NCBI RefSeq assembly: GCF_036321535.1
Contig: NC_087436.1
Span: forward strand, 100,504,001 to 100,568,000
Direction of reading: 5' to 3'
From: Camelus dromedarius
Lineage: Eukaryota
Length of the DNA stretch: 64,000 nucleotides
The translations under genes and the position numbers were made by a program. The notes beneath the pieces are model-generated. The model had not been told where the DNA came from. It made no database searches and saw only the letters and a list, made by a program, of their open reading frames with translations. Of the stretch, positions 12,784 to 25,699 are shown one piece after another; the first letter of the stretch is position 1; the number at the start of each line of letters is the position of its first letter.

Positions 12784-13276
12784 TAAGACTGCAAAATTTA
12801 GTAAATAAAATATATTGTATTTGTTTCTAAGGGCTGCCAAAACAAAACACTACGGACAGTGAGGCTTAAATGACAGAAATTTAGCTTCTCACAGTTCTGG
12901 AGCCAGGCTTCTGAGACCAGGTGTTGGGCAGCTGGATTGGTTCCTTCTGAGGTCTCGTCTTCTGGGCGTGCAGATGGCTGTCTCCTCCCTGTGTCTTCAC
13001 GTGGTCGTCCTTCTGTACCTGTCTACATCCAAATTTCTGCTTCTTCTAAGAACTCCAGTCATATTGGCCCACCCTAATGACCTCATTGTAACTTACCTAC
13101 ATTTTTCTGGCCCTATCTACAAGTACAGTCACATTAGGAGGCATCAGGGGTTAGGACTTCAACATATGAATTTGGGGGAAACACAATTTAGCTCACAACA
13201 TATACTAAAAAATTATACAGTCTTTGTCTGAAATTCAGACTTAACTGTGTGTCTCGTATTGTACCTGGCCACTCTA
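12784..13276. mobile_element. MER53-like hAT MITE split by an MLT1 insertion (pieces ~12784-12815 and ~13201-13276)
   Basis: Left piece 'taagactgcaaaatttagtaaataaaatata' and right piece 'tctgaaattcagacttaactgtgtgtctcgtattgtacctggccactcta' match the two palindromic arms of MER53. Confidence 0.55.
12816..13200 (-). mobile_element. MaLR LTR, MLT1A/B/C-like
   Basis: TG...CA ends, 'ttctcacagttctgg', 'ggggttaggacttcaacatatgaatttggggg'. Near-perfect 5-bp TSD tatat/tatac. Confidence 0.85.
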
Positions 13277-14259
13277 TAGGAATCCTGAAATTGTTCATCA
13301 AATCCATGATTTCATACATTTATGTTTATTTTTGTATCTTTTTAGGGACTTTGTTTTGGTAGTGATGGTGGTTATAAAAATCAGAGAAGAAATTTTATTT
13401 GAAATAAATATTCCATTCATATTGCTAACAAAGAAATTCCTTTGATTTAAAAGTGAATGCTTGTTAATTTGAAAGCAAATACTTGAGCCTGTATCTATTT
13501 CTCTTTTAAAGGTTAATCATATGTAAACTAGGTAAAATAATACCACACTTAATTCACCCTTTGCATGCTCTTCCATTGATTAAAACAAGAGAATCTCTTG
13601 GAATACTTTAATAGCTAATCAGCAAAGAACCCAGTCTAAATGTGTTAGCATCACCCACTTTAATTATGAGGTTGTAAAATCTGGACTCTTTGACATTATA
13701 TTTAAATAATCATCTGCACAGAAGAAAATTCCTACTAAAAATGCTTTTGCTATATTTAGTAAATTAACAGCTCTGAGTTTTCTTTACAATTCTGATTTTC
13801 TTCCATAGTGTCAGCTAAGGTTCACTTACATTAGGTTTAACATGTAATTCCAGATGCTAGAGATATTAACTTTATCTGAACTGCAGACACTAACATTACC
13901 TTTTTACCCAGACCATCCTCTTAAAAATAAGATTTCTCAGTTATAATTTATTTCATATTTTTGAATACTCATATATTACAAATGATGTTGATGTTAATAC
14001 ACTAGAATTTTGCCGTCCAATCCTAAGAGCCAACACCACTATCTTTTGATTCCATTCCAGATATATTACCAATTGAAACTCTTTACAGGCAATCCAATGT
14101 CAGTTGTAATGAATGGAATCAAAATAATTTTTTAAAAATTGAGAAAAGAATTGTGCATAAAAATACAGTTTATCAAATCTAAATTTTTTGCAGCAGTAAA
14201 AAGAACATGGGCATTGGAATGAAATAGTATGAAATTTTCTCAGCCTTGACACTTAATCC

Positions 14260-14633
14260 TGTTAAAAACAAGACAATAGACATTAAATGGAAAGGTTTGT
14301 GCTAAGCCCTGGTCACTAAACCAAGACCTAACTACAATTTCGGCTCCTCTAGAAGTGGGATCTTAAACCCATCAATAAGGAATTATCTGATCAGCACTAG
14401 TTAAGTAATCTGTCTGTGAGGTCCATCCATCCCCTAAAGGAAACTAACTTTGCAATAACTGAACTCATTATTTTTGCCTAGTATAATGTTCCACTCCCTT
14501 CTGCTTATAAAAGTCCTTCACTTTGTTGAGCTGCTCAGACCTCCTTCCTAGCTGCTGCCCAACTGGAATCAATTTTTGCTCAAAGAAACTCTTAAAAATT
14601 TTAATATGCCTTGGTTTATATTTGTTACCAACA
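14260..14633 (+). mobile_element. ERV1-class solo LTR (MER34/MER39-like) inserted in a MIR
   Basis: Starts tgttaaaa, TATAAAA at 14506-14512, 3' end 'ttgctcaaagaaactcttaaaaattttaatatgccttggtttat'. MIR halves lie on both sides (~14190-14259 and ~14634-14740). Confidence 0.65.
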
Positions 14634-15857
14634 GCTACCTTGACTTAAACTCTCTTAGATTTGGGCCCTTCACTTTTTAAATGGAAATAATAGTTCCCAT
14701 TTTAAATTTGATCTAAGAACAAAATGAAATAAAGTATTAGATATTTTAAGGCTCTTATGGCTATAGTTATTAACACTACCTGTGAGGAGAGAAATTCATT
14801 AGTGCAATACTGATAGAATTATTTGTTTATAAGTTCGATTGTCCACAATCTTCATGTCTAAGAATTTAATAGAATGTGAAAATAATTATGTTTAACAATT
14901 TGTCTCAGGAACTGGTAATTATTGATTATAGTGTTTGGCAAGATAAGATTCAATGTGATGATGTTTTTGAGTAGCACATTTGAAACAAGTAAATGCACCT
15001 TAGGATTTTAGTGTTTTTATTTTTTTCTTTAAATGTACCAATCATTTATTTTTCAGAGGAGTGTTTTACTTAATATCATATTCAATAAAAATTAAGATGA
15101 ATAAGAAATTGACATTAAGAAAATTTGAATTAAAAAACATTCTTCTTATAAAAGAAAAACACTTAGAACTAGAAAGTATAATCATAATGGAAGAAAGCAT
15201 AATAATGTGTCCCTTCGTACCTCAAAATGTATATTGCTGTACATTTCTCTTAATTATGCAGATTAAGCATTGATGAAGTTCTTATGCATCAGATACTATC
15301 CTAAGTGATTTATCTTGTTTTCTTATTTAATCATCAAAACATACTGGCAATAATTATTTTCCTTAACTTTTTAAATAAATGCATGCATTTTAGCACTTTC
15401 TCAAAGACTAGTTCAAAGTGGGAATCAAGGATTTGACTATGTTTTTCCAAATCATTTACACGAAATAATATGTCAAGCTAATACGCATAGACAGTATTTG
15501 ATGCTTCATGTATGACAGTATTTTTTTAACATTATAAAATTGTTAGCCCACTTTTCCAAGTCTTTGGCAATGCAAATAAGTTGCACGTAGGACTTATTTG
15601 GTGGTAATTCATTGGCAAAAGGCTAACATAAGGTGGCTTCAGAGACTAAATGCCAATAGTCAGTCTGGAATAGTGCAACTGTAGATTTTGTTAAAGCTAC
15701 AGAAAGACAAGTTCTGTAGAGTTAAACCCAGTTTACAGTTGCTACATGTTATAAGCCCATCTGCAAAGAATGCCAGAGATATTTCCACTAACGTCTGCTA
15801 AGTGTGTGGGGTAAGTTTTTCTCATTCCTGTATCCTAGAAAATGCTTAGTTACCATA

Positions 15858-16253
15858 TGTATTATTTTCCTAGGACTGCCGTAATAGAATATCACTGATT
15901 GGATGGATTAAAGGACAGAAATCTATTTCTCACAGTTCTGGAGGCTGGAAGTTCAAGATCGAAGTGTCAACAGGGTCGGTTTCTGGTGAGACACTCTTCC
16001 TGGCCTGCAGATAACTGCCTTCTCACCATGTTCTCACATGGTCTTTCCTCTGCACACAGGAGGAGAGAGATCGCGCCTGTCTCTTCTTGTTGTTGGAAGG
16101 ACAGTACTCCTATCAGATTGGGAGCTCAAACTTATGACCTCATTTAATCTTAATTACTTTATCAAAATCCATATATCCAGATATAATCACATAAGGGATT
16201 AGAGTTTCAGCAAGGGAATTTGGGGGCAGGATGACACATTTCAGTTGGTAACA
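15858..16253 (-). mobile_element. MaLR LTR, MLT1A/B-like
   Basis: 'tatttctcacagttctggaggctggaagttcaagatc' and 'atgacctcatttaatcttaattac'. TG...CA ends. Confidence 0.85.
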
Positions 16254-17129
16254 GCATTGAAGGGTAATCTGCCATTTACCATGCAGCATTTAATCATTCC
16301 TGTTGTTTCAATCTTCAGAAAGAGGAGAATAAAGCTTCCTTTGAAAATAACTGGCTCATTAACAAGGGTTGATGATTTAAGTCTAGCTAAGGACACAGAG
16401 AGGAAAAAATGATGATCGCAATTGCTCAAACAGGTCTGTGGATACATGAAAATGTTTTTTGAATAGAAATACATGCCAAAGCGGAAAGATGAAGAGTCAT
16501 CTTGGGTTTTGATATAGCATTTAGATGTTATCTATTGCAAAGGAAAACACTTTTGGAATGTCAAAATATGCAAAGAACATCTAAGTTGATGTGTTCTGCT
16601 GACAACAGAATAAACTTACGTTCCCTTTAACTATTCAATGACAGAGGTAACTAATCCTTCATTCGGTAGCTCATTATGCATTGTCATGAAATAGATAATA
16701 CAATTTCCACTAACCTCTTTTGATTTCATGTCAGACACATTCTCTCAAAGTCGTTTAATAAATAGACAGAAAAAGCAAACCTGAAACCTCAAACAATTTG
16801 TATAATTGATTACCTTGAGCCATCTATTCCTTTTCCTACAAAACAGATGTACATTCCTACCCCACTGAGAAAAATTTCAGATTGAGGTTTAGCTGAATTG
16901 CATATTAAGAAAGAAATGAGGACCATAGGCTTCTTTAATATTTAAAATAAATATTTCAGAATATATTAAATTCTTTCTACATTTGAGAATCAACATGCAA
17001 TTCAACTTAATTAATTAAAACTGTCATTGCCTGCAAAGAAATGGACTCTCTTTCTCTCTCTATTTTTTTCAGAAATATGTTCTTATAATACATTCTATGC
17101 TCCAGTTATATAAGGCTCCTTTTGAGTTC

Positions 17130-17450
17130 TTAATGTTACTTTATGTATTATTTCTCTTACCTGCAATGTCCTTTCACATATAGCTAATTTCTGCAGGTCA
17201 AACTCTGACTTTTCTTTAAGATTTAGCTCAAGAATGCCTCTTCTGTGGACACTTTTTGAGCCCTCTAGCCCTTAGGGACTTAACAGTGTTGCTCCCCCTC
17301 TCTTAAGAAATTATTGCTCTTCTTTACTTCTAAGTGTGTTTAAGATACCATCCTTCAGTCAAGACTCAGATCAAATTCATCTTTACTTCTCTCTTGCCTA
17401 AAATAAACTAGTTCAGGGTTAGCATCTAATAAATGTTTGTTAAAGTACAA
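17130..17450 (+). mobile_element. L2 fragment
   Basis: 'ctttaagatttagctcaagaatgcctcttctgtg' and the terminal 'aataaatgtttgttaaa'. Confidence 0.5.
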
Positions 17451-17469
17451 CAAATCAAGGAAGAATATA

Positions 17470-17640
17470 GGCTTTTCAACAGAGAAGATGACGTTGTGAA
17501 TTTCAGCCTAGGCCACTTACTGAATTTACTGTCCTGAACAAATTGCTTAAAAGTCTCAGAAGTTTCAGTGTGTCTGCTTCGATAGGAAAAATCATACTAA
17601 TTACATAGTGTGTTATTGTTTGAATTAAATGAGATTATAG
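17470..17640 (+). mobile_element. MIR SINE fragment
   Basis: 'gccacttactgaatttactgtcctgaacaaattgcttaa...ctcag' and 'gaattaaatgagatta'. Confidence 0.6.
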
Positions 17641-19121
17641 AGAGATTAAAGAGATAGAAGGAGAGAGAAACAGGAAAGGTGAAAGGGAAGAGAAAGAATG
17701 AAAATGAGAGAAATTTCAACATAATACTGACATATATTCTAACTTTCTATTTCTGTTACTATGTATCTAAAAAGACAAGTTATATGACTTACTCTCTGTT
17801 TACTGTGCTTTTCATCAATTTAATTTAATGCAATTGAATACCAGAATTCTTTCCTATGAAGACTTTTGCAATGAAATTCATTTATACAAGTTGCGAAGCT
17901 TTCCAAATATGTTATAAACATATACATGACTGGTACTCTTACATGTGACCCTTCAGACTAGAATAGATCTCCCACTCTATACCTATCTCATTGGTTATCA
18001 CAATTGTAATTAATCAATTGTGATTTTCTGTTCAATGTCTATTTTTTCCCACCAAACTGTAAGTTCTATAATGGCAGAGACCATATCCACCTTGCTCATT
18101 ACAGTTCCCTTGGTACTTCTCAGAGTTCAAGAGACACAGTTGTTTGAAATGTGTTTTGAGAATGAGGAAGGAAGAGAAAATAAAATTTGAAATGTTTATA
18201 AACAACATTTAGGATATCACAAAGTCTCTTCAGAAGTATAATTTTATTTGTCATAGCACTTCTTACCAAAAAATGGAATATTCTGCCTAATCTTATATTC
18301 AGACCAAAGCACCTACAAGGAAAAAAAAAATTGATCTCTCTATAATAGTAAGAATAGTGGAAGCAAATGATTTTTATATTTGGATATAGGATGAAGTAAA
18401 GAGAAGAAAATAAATAAAGAACCAAATTATTAGCCAAAAAGTCATTCTTATGTAGTATAAGAATAGAGTTTGAGATGATAGAAGCAGATGGATGATGAGC
18501 TAATTATGAGAAGAGTCAATAATGTATGTGATGTTTAAAACTAAACACCATGACAGTTGGAGAATTGGCAAGAGTTATAATGATGAGCAGCAACTATAGT
18601 AACAAAAATATATTGATTTCAGTCCACTTGTAACAACCATGGTTGTTCAAAGATAAAATGAGCTTTCTCATGAGGAAATGAGCTCTCCATCACCAAAGGT
18701 ATTCATATAGGTTGAACATCTATTTGAAAAGAACATTTTTTGGAGAACTCAAGCATCTGGTTCTTCTTAAGTCAGGAACCTCTTTATTACAGTCTTCTTT
18801 TCAATCTTGAAAGAGCCGAAATCTGTCTTAGGAAATTTCTTAATATGCAGTAGAGTAATGAAAGAAGCCTTGATGGATTCTCTGACTATTTGTTTTTGTT
18901 AATTAAAGACAACAGAAGTAGTAGCAGATTCCAGAGACTGAAAGAGTAAAGACATTTTAATGCATGTCCTAATGCTGAGCCACATGACAAAAAGACATCA
19001 GAATAACATCAAATCCATCATTAATTTGTTATTATTGTTTTATTATAGTCATCTAGAAAGAACTATATTTTGCTGCTTTTTATTACATTTTAGTTTAATT
19101 TTTTCATTTTTTAACTATTAA

Positions 19122-19216
19122 AAATAAGTTCTGATTATTGTTTGTAAGAAATCTTATCATTACATTTAAAATCAGTTCTGATTACTGCTTTTAAGAATGT
19201 TTTATCATTACATTTA
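19122..19216. repeat. Two-copy ~47-bp tandem duplication
   Basis: aaataagttctgattattgtttgtaagaaatcttatcattacattta followed directly by aaatcagttctgattactgcttttaagaatgttttatcattacattta. Confidence 0.85.
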
Positions 19217-19559
19217 TGGCTCCATATGCAAAGTTTAGTTACTTACCTCGAGCGTTACTAGAAATGGAGTCAATGACAAATTTGTGGTCACAGGGAACTT
19301 AGAAAAAATAAATATCTTCTAAAATTTTAAACTGTTAGATTTACTTTACCATGAAAAATCTCCAGACAACAGTAAATAGTCTGTTAGATAATGAGATCTA
19401 ACAAAATAATTTTTTTGTATGCTGCTCAAACATACACTCCAACATAAAATTAACCCATACTTAAAGTTGGATGTCATTGGAATAGAAATAGACATTTTGA
19501 AAGATTTACTTTTTCTGTTTTTGTTTTTCATTCAGTCCAGGTTTAAATTGTTATTATTA

Positions 19560-20350
19560 TTTTAGAAGTGGCTAATGCATTGCCAAAGCTTAGTTTCTTT
19601 TATTTTCCTCAGAAATTACTGAAGTTTGTTTCAAGAGGCAGTTCAATTGCTGGCTAGTCCCATGAGCTTGGGTAGGCTTGCTTTAATATTTTGTTGAGGA
19701 AGATTTGTGGAAAGCCCAAGGTATTTACCAACCTTCTAATTTGACAGGACTCGGAGTGTGAACTCTGTTTTCTATGTGAATCTCTTCAGGTTTGCTTTTA
19801 GACTTTCTTAGACTAGTTCTAGAGTAGGCCTTTTCTAGAACATGGGTATTCCTTCAGAAGTTTCATCTTTCTGATGCCCCAGCTAGATTCCTTGGCACTA
19901 ATGGGGTCCCTCCATTCTGACTTGGCCGGAATTCTAATATCTCCAGGAACTGCTTGATCTTTAGTACATCCACTCTACTATTAACTCTATAAGAACTACT
20001 TTCTGGTAAACCTTGAATCCGTGCAGCCCAAGTTTTTGCAGAAAACATCCAATCACTTGCAACAGTAAAAGCTAGTGCTTCCTCCTCTCCAGTGCCATGC
20101 TCCAGAGATTCCATCAGCGGCCCCAGTCTCTGAGGTCTGTTTCTTCTTTAACAGGACCTCTGTGGGATACCTCCCTGTGTCACAGCCAGGAAATTATCCA
20201 CAGAGAGAGATCTGGGCCAAATACAGTGCTCATAATGTACATTTCCCTTTTCTCCAGTGCCTCAAAACAGTTGCTGCACACATTTTGTCCAATTTAACAG
20301 TTTTCAATGGCAAGGTGGCTGTAGAGAACCGGACAAAATTCACTGCAGGT
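19560..20350 (-). mobile_element. Old LINE-1 5' region remnant (L1M4/M5-like)
   Basis: 'gtttgtttcaagaggcagttcaattgctgg...aggcttgctttaatattttgtt' is typical of antisense old L1 5' ends. Confidence 0.4.
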
Positions 20351-23300
20351 AATTTTTATACCATTTTTAGGACCATTTTCTAGACTGAGTGAAATTCTGA
20401 AACCAGAGTGTGCAACACAGCTTCATCTTAACATACGTAGATAAATGTATCATACCTCACACAATTCAAGTCAGTCCTTTTCTTCAAGGTCAATTTACAT
20501 GACATCGAATTTTTTGAAATCCCAAGATACCAATGAGGAATTCTCAGAAGGCTGCACCATACTGTAATCCTCATAGCTTCTAGTCACATTTGATTTCTGA
20601 CAAGTAACTAACTCCTAATCCATTTTTGTCAGTACAACATAATCACACATTTACATTTCAACTGGTATTTGTTGTTATTGAAACAATTAAATGATAATTC
20701 TGTTTGAGCATTAAACTTAATTGAACTGTAATTAGTTCTGTTTAGCAGAACCATGCAATTCAACATAATTACTTTGCCCCAAGAGTTTTCCTCCCTTCAT
20801 TCAAACTACTTAATAATAGTAAGAAAAAGATTACTCCTATCTGTCATATTACAAACGGATTAGCCAAGTGGCAAGTTCCAAAAAGGGGGTTGGGTGAGGT
20901 AGTGATGGTTACTTTCTAATGACACATAGAAGCAGAATCCTAAATGGGTAACTTTCTACCAGGTGTACCAGGTAGCCAGTTGATTATGTCCGTGAGTGTT
21001 TGAATACAAGCACCAGTCATATTGGGTCAGGACAGGAAACTTCAAAGAGCAGCTGATTCCAAAGTGTTGGAACCAACATGGATATATAAGATAATTATAG
21101 TCATCATATTACACAAATAAAAATAAAATAGCCTATTGTACAAAATCTTGCTTATCCCACCCAGCCTCCTCGTCATCAAGTGGGACAATCCCTTTAATGT
21201 GGAATGGGTGGTGTTTGAGCCTTGATATGGACTAGTCCATGTTGTCTATTCATGTATCTTTTCAGAAAATATTTTTGATGACCCACTCTGTCCTAAACAG
21301 AGCAATTCTGGGGAAGCTGACTTAATGAGACATAATTCTTGTCTACTCGGTCAGGAAGTACAGCTCAGGTAAGAGCATAGACCCTGAAGCCAAAACCCTG
21401 TGGAGCTGGGAAAGTTAGAGTTAATCTCAGAGAAAATGGCGCTATAACCTTAGACAGAATATTTCAGAAACACATTGGGAAACCACAAGTCCTTCAACTG
21501 TCCATGTGTTGAGGCTATGGGGCTAAGAAGTAAATTGATGATGTATTTTCCATACTAGACAGTTTATAAAAGAAGAATTGTGTCAAATAAATTATCATCA
21601 TTTATTATCATTAAATTATTATTTATTTGGAATTATAAAACTATATTAATATTTTTATATATTATATATAACCATATATATAATACTAAAAGAGAATTCA
21701 ACTTTCAGAACAGCTGGCTCTTGCAGCTGGTGGGGGGCATGGAAACAGGAGTGAGAGAGAGAGAACAATATATATACTTTTAACTTAACTTTATGGAGTA
21801 CATTGTTTCCAATAGACTTGTAGCACTCTCTGCAGTTCAAAAGAATCATTTAAAAAGATATTTGCTGTAATATAATTCAATTTAGATGAGCACATATTTA
21901 TATTTTCATAACTGCAGTTTCTGGAAATCATGGTAATCCAATTCATTAATTTGTAAACTAATTGAGTAAATTTTAAAAAGAAGGTTTTCTATATCAGAAG
22001 TTTTAAGCACAATGTGAGATTTACCCAATAACTCTAAAATTTATCAAATTACCTTTCTCATGAGATGTTCTTATTAGGCAACAAAGTTCAGTGCCCTCCA
22101 GTAAGTGTCTTAATGGGAACTTCAGCAAACTGTCAAAGAAAAGCTCATAGACAATTTTTGATTGCTGAAGGACACTTTACTTGCAACAATAAAACCTAGT
22201 GTAAAGAAATCCTGCCTAAATAAAAATAACAAGTTGCAAAGTAAAGACAAAAATGTATGTGTATATATAATATGAATTATTATGTAATAATCAAAATTAT
22301 GATTTTGAATACCTTTGGGGTCAACTTTGCAAAAAGCATTTAAAAAGTTCATAGTCCTTGATAATTTGAAAGAGAAAGAGAGAAAAAAGAGGGAGGAAGG
22401 AAAGAAGAAGGGAAGGAGGGGCAGAGGGAGAAGAGGTGAGGATAAAAGAGACAAATGAAAATAAAACAAAGACAATGAAACAAACAAGCTAAAAATAAAT
22501 TGCAGCATAGCTTATTTCAAGATTTAAATCTTTCACAAACATCATTTGATCCTTTGGAATACAATGCTTTTAGGAAGAAAGATGGTCTGGTCTGAAGTCA
22601 ATGGTACTTGATATGTTCCAGGTTCAACAGGGCTAAGACCAACTGATGGGAATAGAAAACACAAATTTAACTGTTTCAGTTTTAACTTGAGAATTTATTT
22701 TTCTTTGAAAAAAAAGAAAGTAGTACGTGATCTCAGAGACATAAAATGCCAGTGTAAGCAATCAAGAGTAATTGTTTCTTTCTTTAAAATGAAAATGGCA
22801 GTGTTAGAAATGATATTCATACCAGCTGAAAAGAGTGAAAAAAAAGATACCTTTGTGTTTCTATTTACTAAATGAATGTTTTTCTTAATTATATATCATC
22901 ATTTATTAATGAATATACAATAATATTGTTAAAAATTAAGCTTACTTGTATGCATGTGTCCAAACTCATCAAATTGTGTCTATTAGATAAGTGCAGTTTT
23001 TGTGTATATCAATTACACCTCAATAAAGTGGTAAAAAATAAATTTGGTTGTTTCAATAAAAACACTATACTTCTGATGAGAAGAAATCGCTGAGTGAGAA
23101 AGCATGCAAATTCTGTTTCTCAGTTAAACCTGGCTCAAAGGGGAGAAAAAATGAATTTGGACCACGAGGCCATAACCATAGCTTGTTACAGGTTTACCAT
23201 CAAATGCAGGCAAAAATCTTGAGAAGAAATCTATGCCTCCCAGCATTGATCTTAAAAGCTCTAAAAAAGTCAGTGATGTCAGTCATCAAGCAGACAGGAC

Positions 23301-24673
23301 AACGAAAGCTAAATCTGGTTTGAGAGTTTGCCCACTTAATGCTCCTGGGAAATTAAAGGATTTGCATCTCATATGAAATCCAATAACATTTTGTAATTTT
23401 CCAGGTGAGAAAAATTATTTTAAATACTCAAGGACAAGTAGCTATGACCATCTTTTAGGATCATTAACTTTTTCTTCCTCTAGTATTAAATGTACTTTAT
23501 CCTTTTATTAATACATTCTTAATGCTAATACCAAGAAAAGAAATTTGATGATAAATAAGCTCCAAGCTAAGAACTTGACACTACCATTTAATGTTTTGCT
23601 TGAATTAAATCACTCCTAACTATGCTCATAGTAAATCCTCATCCTCTATAGAACAGTTCAAATTTAATCCTTATTCCATTTTCTCTGGATTTTAAAGCAT
23701 TTTATGAATGCCTTGGTAGATTTTGCACATTTGTTTGGGGGGTTTTAAGAATTTGAAATAAAGCATTTATTTTCTATTTCAGTTCATGTATTTTGAATTT
23801 TTACCAGTATTAATAATCACATACAAATAAACAGGAGCAGAGAAAAATGCGTTAGAAAGAGAATTGAATGTACTACATATTAAAGTTATGCACTATATAT
23901 AGTCAAACATACATATATACACATACACAAGCAGAAAAAGATAAACTGAAAACAGTAAAATATGTAATATTGCATATATATGTGGTTATATATATGAACA
24001 TATCAAGATGTATAATATAACACATATATATTTATACATATATTTACATGTATTATGTTATAACTATATATTATATGTATTATGTGTTCAGCTCTCTCTC
24101 CAAGTATCTTTTACTTTGTCATTAAATTAGAAATGAAATAAATCATAGATTTTATATTTCATATTAGGAGTAGCATATTTATATATCCACTCAATCTGAA
24201 AGTTAAAATGTTCCATTCAGAAAAGAATATATACCAGATTGTGTACTTTCTACCTGTCTTCAGTAGGGATAGATGTAATAAAAATAAGAATTAATGGCCT
24301 GAATGATTACAATACATGTGTATGGATCATATTTTAAATTTCTTTTAAAATTTGAACTTCGATTTAATGCTTTTTTCTTAAGGTGGATTTTCCTTTCAAT
24401 TACCCCTCCAGTATTTTGCAATATACTATGTCAAAAGTAAAACATTACAAATATCAAATCATTAGTTGTGCACCTGAAACTAATGTTATATGTCGATTAT
24501 CTCAATAAAAAAGAAATAGAACATTTAAGTACTTTTTCAAATGGCCATAGCTATTATCATAATTATGTGTGACTTAAGACAACATTGGCATATGCTTTTT
24601 TGTGTAGTCTCCCCAGTATTAACACTTATACGTAACAAGGGATAAAGCATCATTACGTGATTGTACTGACAGG

Positions 24674-25097
24674 TGTGGCAGGTAGAATAACGACTCGCCT
24701 ACAATGCCTGCGTCTTAAACCCTGAAACCTGTGAACACATTTTGTCATACGGCAAAGAATTGAGTTAACGGATGGAATTAAGGTGGCTCATTAGCTAACC
24801 TTGAGATAGAATTTCCTGGATTACCCAGGTGGGCCCAATGTAATCACAAGCGTCCTTATAAGTAAAGGAGGGTGCCGGAAGTCAGTGAGGCAGCCTCTCC
24901 GGGCTGAAGAAGGCGGGAGCATGGGATCTCTTCTAGAGCCTCCAGGAAGAAATGCAGCCCTGCTGAAACTTTGATTTTAGCCCAGTGATGCTTGTTTTGG
25001 ACCTCTGATCTCCAGAACTGTAAGATAACACATTTCTGTTGTTTTAATCCATGAAATTTGTGGTAATTTTGTGTAGAAGCAACAGGACGCTAACGTA
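24674..25097 (+). mobile_element. MaLR LTR, MLT1D-like
   Basis: 'tgtggcaggtagaataa', 'ctggattacccaggtgggcccaatgtaatcacaag' and 'ctccagaactgtaagataa'. TSD acagg/gcagg (24669-24673 and 25098-25102). Confidence 0.9.
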
Positions 25098-25699
25098 GCA
25101 GGCGTTATCACTCTGTTGCGTAGCCTCAAAACTTTCCCCTGCTGGGGAGAAGGAGAACTGGGGAATCATAAGCCTCATGGAATTTTTCATCAGTTAAGTT
25201 TATATGAAAAATGCCTAGCAAGATATTAAAGGATGAGAAATTGTGACATTATTAAAATCTTACTCTGTTAGAAGTGTGATGCTCCAGGATTGTATTGGAA
25301 AACTGATGATTTAACAGTAATTTCTTTTACCTAACAGTAAGGTAAGTGATGAATTCAACTACATTAATCTCAAGCTGTCAAAAATATTTTCATGGACGTC
25401 TTTCCTTGGCTTCCAGGTGTGATTTCCTTGCCCATCTTCTAATGATGGGAAAGACTGCAATGCCGGCCAGGCAAGATATGTTAAATACACAGGTTCTAGT
25501 TAGAATTCACCAGCACCAGTACCTAATGGTGCAGACAACAAATTGTTTAATAAACACTTGAGTGAAGGATTTGCCTTCTAAAATTTTCTTGGGAGTAAAT
25601 ACAGTAGGGTTCTTTTTTTTTTTTTAACATCACTAAATGCTTGGTATAAATCACTGATAAACTGGTGGGCCAGTTAATTTGGCAGGTGTTGGAGGGAGG

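Noticed and set aside
12726..12788. Minus-strand AG…GTAAG exon-like interval
   Set aside because: Stops in all three frames, and the acceptor derives from the MER53-like arm.
22122..22508. Hydrophobic 128-aa minus-strand ORF that looks membrane-like
   Set aside because: It is the translation of a GA-rich simple repeat (L/F/S/P bias).
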